Shown here in pieces: positions 38,756 through 46,334 of a stretch of DNA of 64,000 nt. Location of the stretch: positions 32,001-96,000 of IMG/VR virus record IMGVR_UViG_3300042542_003555, one strand, 5' to 3'. Within the stretch, counting starts at the first letter, position 1; each line of letters starts with the position of its first letter. Position numbers and translations under genes: made by a program. The notes below the pieces were generated by a model, which was given only the letters and a program-made list of their open reading frames with translations, ran no database searches and was not told the origin of the DNA. The stretch comes from a virus.

Positions 38756-40933
38756 ATGGCACAACAAATAGCAGCCGATCCTGTCGAAGCAGCAGCGAAC
38801 GTAATGAAACGCCAAAGAGCTGGTGTTCGATCACAGAGTTCAGGACAATTAGATGAACTCAATAAAACACTGAAGGCTCAAAATGCCAGCCAAAAACTAA
38901 AAAGAACACCATCTGTTCAGGATAAAGTTAGAGCAAACGATTCTGTTGCAATGATTCTTGCTAAAGTTTATGCTATTGTAAAAAAAGAACAAGAAACAAA
39001 TAAGGTCTATCAAAAACAACAAACTTCGGCTATCAAAAACTTAGCTAAAGATTTTACTGATGTAATCAAAAAGACCAGTGATAATATTAAAAAAGCCATA
39101 GAAAAATCAGTAAAAGTTAATGAAGAACTGTTAAAGGAAAACAAAAAGGTTCGTCAAGAAAATAAACTATTTCAAGAAGAAACACAACAAGAAACTGTTT
39201 CTAAGGAATCAAAGAGACAGAAAGAAATGTTGTCTGCTGAAGATAAAAGACACAAAGAATTAATTTCTATATTGAAAAAAATAGAAAAGAAAACTGCGCC
39301 TATAACAGAAGAAGATGAGGATGAAGAATCTTCTTCATCTAAAGGTAAAGGCAAAAAAAGAAAAAAATCACTTAAAATTGGTGACATTAAAGATCAATTA
39401 AAAGAAAAACTTCTAAGTGTCGTGTTAGATCCAAAAGCAATTGCCGCCGCAGCTACCGGAGCATTAATAATAGCAGCAGGTGAAGCTGCTCGGGAAGATA
39501 TTCAAAGCAGTGAACGCTCCGCACAATCTGCTGCACAGAGAGGTGATCTTGCAGGATTAGATAGAGAAATAAGAGAAGCAAATGAGAGAACTGTAAGACA
39601 ATCTGTAACGGATCCTAGAGATGAGGAAGGTGTACAAGCAGCACTCAAAACAATGAATACCCCAAAAAAATTATTATATGAAAAAAGAAAAAGATTGAAA
39701 GAGGCAAACACACCAGAATCAAAACGTGCTTTAGACGTATTGGATGCACAAGAAGAAAAACGTGTATTGATGGAATCTAGACCAAAAGATTCTGCTGCCG
39801 CAAAAAAATTCGATGAAGATAATAAGGCAAAAATAGAAGCAATTGATAAAAGAATCAAACAACCTATTTTAGTTAGTTCATCTACAGGTTATTCTTTACC
39901 GGTAGAAAACACAGAATTTGGTAGTGGTTATGGAACAAGAACCCGAGGGGGAAAAATAGAAAGTCATCAAGGTGTTGATCTAAAAATGCCAGTTGATACA
40001 CCGATTCTTGCAGCAAATTCAGGAGAAGTTATTTTTGTTGGAGAAGGATCCGGCGGCGCTGGTGAAACCATAAAGATAAAACATGACGATGGGAAATATA
40101 CTTCTTATTCACATTTAAGCAAGTCTAATGTGAAGGTTGAACAAAGAGTAACAAAAGGACAAGAAATTGGTCGCTCTGGAGGAAAAAAAGGGGCACCTGG
40201 CGCAGGAAATTCTGAAGGACCACATTTACATTTTGCTGCCTATGATGAAAAAGGAAAATTCATAGATCCAAAAACTTTAATTCCAGAATTGTCTGGTGCA
40301 AAAAAAGGTGATAATGTTATAAGATCAAAAGATTCAGCAACCACATCCAGTGATTCTACAGCTACGCAAACACAAGCAACAAATAAGAATGCAGAAGCAG
40401 TACCTGGTTACACATATAAAAGAGGACCAAATGGTGGTAGAATGATCCTCAACGACAAAGGTGAGTTTGTAGAGGAACCTACTGCTGCAATGGATGAATC
40501 GAAAACGTATAAAGGTGCGTTAAGAGAATTTGAGAAAGAATTGAATTCAGATCCAAATGCGCCTAAACTCAATAGGTCGGCAGCAGAAGCAGCAAAATAT
40601 GAATCTTACGAAAAAGAAGCGGCTAAAAAATTCATACAGAAAAAAGGCCTTGATCTTAAAAAAGCAAAACAATATGGATTTCCAGTTAGCAGTATTACAC
40701 CAGTTGATTCAAACAATGACAGAAAAATATCATCTCTAATTGATGCTGAAAGAATGTCTAGAGACCTAGCCTCAATGGGTCAAGGAATGACAAACAATTT
40801 CATAAATCAAACTCAAATTGCAAGCGGTGGTGGAGGTGGTGGCGGATCTTCAGTTCCACCAGCAAGCGTAAGAGATAATAATGTTACGATTATGGCAGCA
40901 CTGTATGGTCAACATAATGTTCGTATGAGTTAA
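38756..40933 (+). CDS. gp29/tape-measure-like protein with M23 metallopeptidase domain
   Basis: Coiled coils, then HQGVD, YSHL and GPHLHF M23 motifs; follows gp26-gp51. Confidence 0.75.
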   Translation: MAQQIAADPVEAAANVMKRQRAGVRSQSSGQLDELNKTLKAQNASQKLKRTPSVQDKVRANDSVAMILAKVYAIVKKEQETNKVYQKQQTSAIKNLAKDFTDVIKKTSDNIKKAIEKSVKVNEELLKENKKVRQENKLFQEETQQETVSKESKRQKEMLSAEDKRHKELISILKKIEKKTAPITEEDEDEESSSSKGKGKKRKKSLKIGDIKDQLKEKLLSVVLDPKAIAAAATGALIIAAGEAAREDIQSSERSAQSAAQRGDLAGLDREIREANERTVRQSVTDPRDEEGVQAALKTMNTPKKLLYEKRKRLKEANTPESKRALDVLDAQEEKRVLMESRPKDSAAAKKFDEDNKAKIEAIDKRIKQPILVSSSTGYSLPVENTEFGSGYGTRTRGGKIESHQGVDLKMPVDTPILAANSGEVIFVGEGSGGAGETIKIKHDDGKYTSYSHLSKSNVKVEQRVTKGQEIGRSGGKKGAPGAGNSEGPHLHFAAYDEKGKFIDPKTLIPELSGAKKGDNVIRSKDSATTSSDSTATQTQATNKNAEAVPGYTYKRGPNGGRMILNDKGEFVEEPTAAMDESKTYKGALREFEKELNSDPNAPKLNRSAAEAAKYESYEKEAAKKFIQKKGLDLKKAKQYGFPVSSITPVDSNNDRKISSLIDAERMSRDLASMGQGMTNNFINQTQIASGGGGGGGSSVPPASVRDNNVTIMAALYGQHNVRMS

Positions 40934-40958
40934 AACAAAAACCCCGCACTAGGCGGGG
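40932..40958 (-). terminator. Intrinsic terminator between convergent genes
   Basis: ccccgc-actag-gcgggg stem with a U-tract on the minus strand, after gp32. Confidence 0.75.
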
Positions 40959-40981
40959 CTAAACAAGACCGTCTAGTCTGT

Positions 40982-41860
40982 TTAATCTTCTGCTGCCAAC
41001 TTAGAGAAATAACTCATGTCATCATCTTCATCCAAGTCTGGTGAAGTTTTAGGAACAACTTTTGCTTTAGGCTTTTCATCAAAAGATGCATCCTCTACAG
41101 TAGTTGTTGGTGCAGCACCAGCATTACCTAGAACTTTATCTAGTCTTGCTTTGATAGCATCATAAGACTTAAACTTACTTGAATCAATAAGTTCTTTCAA
41201 AGAGTATTCACGCTTCCACACTTTTTCAAGTTCATCGTCATCATCAAGTAGTGCAGCAGGTGCTTCAAACTCACACTTATCATAGTTTTGATAACCATCA
41301 ACCTTACGAATCTTGACTTTGAAGTTAGCACCTTTCCACAAGTCAAATGGATTCAATGGCTTCTCATCTTCAAACTCTGGGTTCATTGCACCGTTGATTT
41401 TATCAAAGATGCTCTTGCCATATTTGAACAAGAATACTTTACCGTTGTTCTCTGGATGTTTTGGATCCTCAACAACATAGATGTTGGAAACATAAGTGAG
41501 TTTACGTTTCTGGTCACGGGCAATTTTTTTATTTGCTTCAATGCCTGAGTTCCAAAGTTGTGTATTGTATTCACATACAGGACACTTTTCATTCAAGGTA
41601 GTACGACAGTCATCAATCAGCCAACCACCTGGACCTTGAAAGCCATGACGGAACATTTTGACCCATGGGAGTCCATCTTCATCTTGTGGTGGTTCGGGAA
41701 GAAAACGAATGACTGCATAACCGTTACCAGATTTATCGATCTCTGGTTTCCAATAACGATCATCATCGGAACTTGCTTCGGTGTTTGTATTGATTGATTC
41801 TAGTGCTTTGGATAGTTTGTCTAGGTTAGACGAACTCTTTTTCAATTTGGAAAAATCCAT
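40982..41860 (-). CDS. gp32: Single-stranded DNA-binding protein gp32
   Basis: DDRYWKP..GNGYAVIRFLP..HGFQGPGGW..CPVCE; acidic tail. Confidence 0.97.
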   Translation of the reverse strand: MDFSKLKKSSSNLDKLSKALESINTNTEASSDDDRYWKPEIDKSGNGYAVIRFLPEPPQDEDGLPWVKMFRHGFQGPGGWLIDDCRTTLNEKCPVCEYNTQLWNSGIEANKKIARDQKRKLTYVSNIYVVEDPKHPENNGKVFLFKYGKSIFDKINGAMNPEFEDEKPLNPFDLWKGANFKVKIRKVDGYQNYDKCEFEAPAALLDDDDELEKVWKREYSLKELIDSSKFKSYDAIKARLDKVLGNAGAAPTTTVEDASFDEKPKAKVVPKTSPDLDEDDDMSYFSKLAAED

Positions 41861-41942
41861 TATTATCTCCTTGTATTAAACGTAGTATAAACGATATATT
41901 AAACGACTTGTCCACATACATCACATGATATCATAGTATTTA

Positions 41943-42431
41943 TCATACTGCAAGAGCGTCAATAATTAATTGCTTAGTATTGCCTAAATCTCTATGTAGA
42001 ATACCAATGCCACCTTTTTTAATGAAAGCATCAATTACATAGTCGGTATCATCTACAAGAATGGTATCTGAACCTATAGCGTATTTGGATTTTAATCCAC
42101 TACCAGGTACGATATTCTGCTTATATTTGATACCATGGTCTTGCAACCATTTTTGTTTTTGTTCTGTGACTTCTTTGTGGTACTTTGCACCACCACTAGA
42201 ACTGAGAATCTCTATATTGATGTTTGGAATATTGTCAACAAATTCTAATAGTTCTTGTCCACCTGGCCACCACTCAAGTGTAGCAAAGTTACTGCCTTCA
42301 ATAAATGTTGACCAATCTGTAGTAAACTCTTTGTTATGTCTAGATTCACCTGGTGTCTTGTTGAATAGTTCTTCAAAACGTTTCTCAAAGTTAGCTAGTA
42401 CACCGTCCATATCCAAAAATAACGTTTTCAT
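41943..42431 (-). CDS. HAD-family 5'(3')-deoxyribonucleotidase-like protein
   Basis: LDMDGVL and ILVDD motifs; start moved to the ATG at 42431 behind GGAG. Confidence 0.8.
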   Translation of the reverse strand: MKTLFLDMDGVLANFEKRFEELFNKTPGESRHNKEFTTDWSTFIEGSNFATLEWWPGGQELLEFVDNIPNINIEILSSSGGAKYHKEVTEQKQKWLQDHGIKYKQNIVPGSGLKSKYAIGSDTILVDDTDYVIDAFIKKGGIGILHRDLGNTKQLIIDALAV

Positions 42432-42445
42432 CAAATTCTCCATTG

Positions 42446-42453
42446 TATAAATA
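42446..42453 (+). promoter_or_regulatory. T4 late promoter TATAAATA for the homing endonuclease
   Basis: Exact consensus about 50-60 nt upstream of the GIY-YIG ORF. Confidence 0.75.
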
Positions 42454-42503
42454 GGTGTATGTCGCCGGTGGTCAGACCGCACATACTCTAACATTGAAAA
42501 GGA

Positions 42504-43061
42504 ATGTCAGCTATGATTATATATTCAATCTACAAATGTGTCAATAAAATAAACGGCAAAGTTTACATTGGGTTTGATTCCAATTGGCCTAAAAGAAAAA
42601 CCTCACATAACTACATATCATCTTCAAATAAATCAAAACATTCAAGTTTCCACCAAGCCATTAGAAAATACGGATGGAATAATTTTGAATGGGAAATTTT
42701 ATATCAATCGAAAGATAGAAACCACACATTAAAAATTATGGAACCATATTTCATACAAGAATACAACTCATATAAATGTGGATACAATAGAACTAAAGGT
42801 GGTGAAGGAACTTTTGGTAAAACTCAATCTATCAAAAATAAAAAAAATCTATCGGAAAGACAAAAAATTAAAAATAAAGAAAGTAGATGGTATAATAACG
42901 GAACAAAAAATACATTTTCAACCATTCATCCTGGTGAAGGTTGGGTTTTTGGAAGACTCAATCAAAAACCAACAACAAAAGGAAGAAAGTGGTATAATAA
43001 TGGAACAAAACAAATATTATCAGAAACTCAACCAGAAGGTTGGATATTAGGCATGTTGTGA
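42504..43061 (+). mobile_element. Free-standing GIY-YIG (Seg-like) homing endonuclease
   Basis: SIYKCVNKINGKVYIG, AIRKYGW.NF, GYNRTKGG, two C-terminal WYNNGTK repeats; antisense to its neighbours; start may be the ATG at 42513. Confidence 0.85.
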
Positions 43062-43658
43062 GTTTTCATATAGTTCCTTCAATTTATTCTTATACTTCAT
43101 TTTATCATAAACAACAAATGGTGCATACTTCTTTATTTTTCTTTGCCACATTGGCCACACAATATCATCATCAATTTTCTTCTCCCACATTGGTAAAAAG
43201 TTCATCAAGTTATTCATTATGACTAGTGTTTCTAATGTAACCTTCTTTCGCATTATCTGCATCAGTAGAACAGGAAAAGAGCCGTCTACGGGTTTAATTA
43301 TATCATGTGCATCGTAATTGTCAAGTAAATATTGTGTGTCAGATTCAAACTGGTAGAATAGTGATTGATTTCTTTTCTTCCAGTCTGTATATACTTCTTC
43401 TGCTTCCTCTGTTAACAATTCACCAACCCACTTCGTATCACTTTCAAGAAAGTTAGCCACAAAAAAATCTCTAGCATCTTCTAGTGTGTGTTTTCTTGAT
43501 AGACGATAAAAAGCGTATTTGTTTTTGTGTGTGAGGAAAGATTCTTTGGTAGTATTAGTCTTGCCGTTATACTTGAAGTAGTCATAACTATCTGTGGTAA
43601 AATGCAACCTCAAAGCATTGTACATCATATAAACGGCTAGGCCGCTGTTTTCACTCAT
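43047..43658 (-). CDS. gp59: Helicase loader gp59
   Basis: Y.AL.LHFT..YDYFKYNGK..FFVANF..LETL; lies between gp33 and gp32. Confidence 0.88.
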   Translation of the reverse strand: MSENSGLAVYMMYNALRLHFTTDSYDYFKYNGKTNTTKESFLTHKNKYAFYRLSRKHTLEDARDFFVANFLESDTKWVGELLTEEAEEVYTDWKKRNQSLFYQFESDTQYLLDNYDAHDIIKPVDGSFPVLLMQIMRKKVTLETLVIMNNLMNFLPMWEKKIDDDIVWPMWQRKIKKYAPFVVYDKMKYKNKLKELYENSQHA

Positions 43659-43876
43659 AAAGGTAATCTACTAGTTTTCTTTAGTTGATTGTTCTTCTCG
43701 GCTTGTTCTCTGATTTTTGATTTAAGTGCTGATGATATAAGAGAGGATGCAACCTCTAACTCTAAACCTGTTTGTTCACAATGATAGAGTATTGCATCCA
43801 ACAAATCACACTTCTTCTCACCAGCCATTGCTTCAATCATCAGGCTGAATGATTTCATTTCTTCTCTTGTAGGCAT
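43655..43876 (-). CDS. gp33: Late transcription co-activator gp33
   Basis: FS..IE..DAIL.YCE..LIS..LK.KI..A. Confidence 0.85.
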   Translation of the reverse strand: MPTREEMKSFSLMIEAMAGEKKCDLLDAILYHCEQTGLELEVASSLISSALKSKIREQAEKNNQLKKTSRLPL

Positions 43877-44415
43877 TATGTCCGTGTATAAAAAATATGA
43901 TTACCAATTCTCATGACAACACCTTTTTTGTTCCAGCCAGGATTGATATATGTTGCATGATAAAACATTACATTATGTGCTGCAATTTTAGCATGAGCAA
44001 TAGGTTCTGTCAATGCTTTTTTGGCAATGTATTGTGCTTCTTCCCATAGGTATTGGCTTCTTGGACGAATAACTTTTTCACATGTCCAACTAAATTGACA
44101 TACAGTCATTCCTCTGTATAAGGTTCTCTGATAAACTACACCACAAATGGTGTTTGGATAGTTACCTGATTTTGTTCTATTGATAGTAACTTGTGCCACA
44201 GCAAGTTTTCCTTCAAATGATTCACTTGCTGCTTCATAATAGATATTTTTGGCAAGACATTCAACATCTTTTGCCATGACTTGTTTAGTTTCTTGTTCAA
44301 TTTCATCTGCAACTTGTGGTGGTATTGTATATGCAAATACAGATACAGATAACAAGGCTGCTACAATTAAAAAACTAATACCACTGAAAATGTTAGTGAA
44401 TTTATCTCTAAGCAT
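43876..44415 (-). CDS. SleB/Hydrolase_2 cell-wall hydrolase with signal peptide
   Basis: CLAKNIYYEA..GKLAVAQVT.NR..P.TICGVVYQ..CQFSW..IGNHIFY. Confidence 0.9.
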   Translation of the reverse strand: MLRDKFTNIFSGISFLIVAALLSVSVFAYTIPPQVADEIEQETKQVMAKDVECLAKNIYYEAASESFEGKLAVAQVTINRTKSGNYPNTICGVVYQRTLYRGMTVCQFSWTCEKVIRPRSQYLWEEAQYIAKKALTEPIAHAKIAAHNVMFYHATYINPGWNKKGVVMRIGNHIFYTRT

Positions 44416-44463
44416 TGTTTCTCCTTAGTAGTTAGGGAGAGGCCAAAGCCTCTCTTGTCCCGA

Positions 44464-44736
44464 TCAGGTAGACTTTTTGCTAGTAGTCTTTTCTGGTGTG
44501 ATGTTTGAAACGAAACCATTCAAAGACTGTGCTTTGGTGATGATATCGTTTTCTGTGGGATAGGTTGGGTAGGCAGGATGTTCAGGTATTGGTTGTCCGT
44601 TTAGTTTAGCAGACTCTACCTTTACGTGCCATTCATTGGTTAGGCGATCTTTGTTAGAGTGATATTCTTCTAACAAAAGTCCTTGCGCCATTTTTAAAAG
44701 TTCAAGACGAATTTCAAAAGGTGTGAGATTACTCAT
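44464..44736 (-). CDS. Conserved hypothetical protein
   Basis: MSNLTPFEIRLELLKMA...YPT..II.KA..L..FVS; AGGAG RBS places the start at 44736. Confidence 0.7.
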   Translation of the reverse strand: MSNLTPFEIRLELLKMAQGLLLEEYHSNKDRLTNEWHVKVESAKLNGQPIPEHPAYPTYPTENDIITKAQSLNGFVSNITPEKTTSKKST

Positions 44737-44821
44737 ATACTTCTCCTTGTGTTGTGTGTAAGTGTAGTAGTGAGTTTGGATCAGGCACTCACAAGACCTG
44801 TAATACTGCAACCAGTATTAT

Positions 44822-44829
44822 TATTTATA
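44822..44829 (-). promoter_or_regulatory. T4 late promoter TATAAATA
   Basis: Exact consensus overlapping the rubrerythrin stop. Confidence 0.7.
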
Positions 44830-45259
44830 GTTGTCCTGCTTTGTAAGCATCAAGAGTTTTCTTGAACTTACCTGCATGAGAACGTTCTGCTTTCGCTAAT
44901 GTTTCAAACCAATCTGCAATTTCATCAAAGCCTTCTTCACGGGCTGTCTTAGCCATACCTGGATACATATCGGTGTATTCGTGAGTCTCACCTTCAATGG
45001 CAGATTCAAGTGCCTCTGCAACATTACTTACTTGCATACCTGTTGCAGGATCGCCAGCGGAACCATTCAACAAATATTCCATATGACCGTGTGCATGTCC
45101 AGTTTCACCTTCTGCTGTGTGACGAAATACCGCAGCAACTTCTGGTGAACCTTCAATGTCAGCCATGTTTGCAAAATATAGATAACGGCGATTTGCTTGT
45201 GATTCACCTGCAAATGCTTCTTTCAAATTCAATTCAGTTTTAGTTCCTTTGACGCTCAT
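44825..45259 (-). CDS. rbr: Short-chain rubrerythrin (no rubredoxin domain)
   Basis: [40 protein letters not shown] di-iron motifs. Confidence 0.92.
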   Translation of the reverse strand: MSVKGTKTELNLKEAFAGESQANRRYLYFANMADIEGSPEVAAVFRHTAEGETGHAHGHMEYLLNGSAGDPATGMQVSNVAEALESAIEGETHEYTDMYPGMAKTAREEGFDEIADWFETLAKAERSHAGKFKKTLDAYKAGQL

Positions 45260-45271
45260 AGTGTCTCCTAA

Positions 45272-45346
45272 TTAACGATTCGCAATATACATTGTGATTT
45301 CAAAACCAAAACGCATATCGTTTGCTTGTGGTGTCATCCAGGTCAT
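45272..45346 (-). CDS. pqqA: Pyrroloquinoline quinone precursor peptide PqqA (24 aa)
   Basis: Not in the ORF track. MTWMTPQANDMRFGFEITMYIANR with the E-x3-Y core; AGGAG RBS. Confidence 0.93.
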   Translation of the reverse strand: MTWMTPQANDMRFGFEITMYIANR

Positions 45347-45392
45347 AGTAGTCTCCTAAAATTAAAAGTCGTAGCAACATGCTACAACTGAA

Positions 45393-45422
45393 ATTATATA
45401 TCGACTTGATGGGATTTGTCAA
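45393..45422 (-). promoter_or_regulatory. Sigma70-type promoter for pqqA-rbr
   Basis: TTGACA-18 nt-TATAAT. Confidence 0.75.
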
Positions 45423-45444
45423 GTAGTGAAAATCATGATTATAA

Positions 45445-45742
45445 GCTAGTTGATTCTGTTGCCAAGTTCAACTAGCAAAACTCCGGTCAGTGTTTAAGCT
45501 GCCAGTGCGAACTTTTCATCGTTTGCATTTATGGATTTGCTTGATTTACGGTCATCGCCTACCGTGTTGTCCATATCCTTACTCATTGCCCTGTCGAAAC
45601 CAGGTCAGCCCCATCAGAAGCACATTAGGGTGTAGCAGCCCCACCAGGATCCCTACTGTAGTGGTTAATGTGCTTTTGGTGGAGCTGGGCGGAATCGAAC
45701 CGCCGTCCAGAACACCTTTCATTCTACTTCATACAACAATAA
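45445..45742 (-). ncRNA. ssrA: Circularly permuted (two-piece) tmRNA
   Basis: Order on the minus strand: T-arm and 3' end GGCGGTTCGATTCCGCCCAGCTCCACCA (CCA ends 45677), intervening stem aagcacatta/taatgtgctt, 5' end GGGGCTGACCTGGTTTCGAC (starts 45612), tag ANDEKFALAA* at 45526-45494; outer ends approximate. Confidence 0.9.
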
Positions 45743-45835
45743 GGTACACACTATGTAGGATTCCCACCTACGTTACCGACCAGCGGTATCTTAGTTTATC
45801 CGTCGCCTTTGCCACTTCTAGATGAATAGTGTGTA
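45743..45835 (-). ncRNA. tRNA-like structured element (non-canonical)
   Basis: 10-bp closing stem TACACACTAT/ATAGTGTGTA, T-arm-like GTAGG-TGGGAAT-CCTAC, D-loop-like AGTGG. Confidence 0.45.
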
Positions 45836-45837
45836 TT

Positions 45838-46002
45838 TTATTTAGATTTTTCAACTAAAACACATCTTGCAGTGACATTATTTCTACTTCCTACTAATAA
45901 TGTTGCTGCTTCCCAACATTCTTCAAATCGTTCATACGTTTTCATTTGAACTTCATGTACTTCACCTGAGATGACGAATGTTAAGAACAATGCGTAGAAC
46001 AT
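45838..46002 (-). CDS. Small exported two-Cys protein (54 aa)
   Basis: Not in track: MFYALFLTFVISGEVHEVQMKTYERFEECWEAATLLVGSRNNVTARCVLVEKSK. Confidence 0.6.
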   Translation of the reverse strand: MFYALFLTFVISGEVHEVQMKTYERFEECWEAATLLVGSRNNVTARCVLVEKSK

Positions 46003-46010
46003 TTTAGTTC

Positions 46011-46145
46011 CTATTTAAATGGCCAATTGTTTATAGAAATAACAATTATAAAAATCAACCAACCAACTCTTAGAACATTATCAAATATTCGTTCGTATGT
46101 GTCAATTAATCTTTTTTTTCTTCTCTCATTATGTATTTCGCTCAT
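46011..46145 (-). CDS. Small membrane protein (44 aa)
   Basis: Not in track: MSEIHNERRKKRLIDTYERIFDNVLRVGWLIFIIVISINNWPFK. Confidence 0.45.
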   Translation of the reverse strand: MSEIHNERRKKRLIDTYERIFDNVLRVGWLIFIIVISINNWPFK

Positions 46146-46227
46146 TGATAGCCTTTTCAACAAAATAGATATTTACTGCATTACCAAAAGTAAGCAGAAA
46201 AAACATTACTAGTCCCATAGTGGTCTC

Positions 46228-46311
46228 CTATTCATCTATTAACATCCAAATGCAAAAACATATTAAACAACCAACTATTAGACCTACGTGGAAGCCTAAA
46301 ATATATTGCAT
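46228..46311 (-). CDS. Small hydrophobic peptide (27 aa)
   Basis: Not in track: MQYILGFHVGLIVGCLICFCIWMLIDE. Confidence 0.3.
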   Translation of the reverse strand: MQYILGFHVGLIVGCLICFCIWMLIDE

Positions 46312-46334
46312 TGTAACATTATTCTATTGGAAAG

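Noticed and set aside
44437-44454. Terminator hairpin gagaggc-caaa-gcctctc
   Set aside because: No U-tract in the direction of transcription; at most a stability or processing hairpin
45677-45712. Ordinary tRNA gene
   Set aside because: The T-arm/CCA pairs with the downstream GGGGCTG and is linked to a tag ORF, so it is the tmRNA acceptor piece
46105-46130. -1 frameshift at the A8 tract (MREEKKD*)
   Set aside because: An upstream in-frame ATG at 46145 gives a continuous 44-aa ORF
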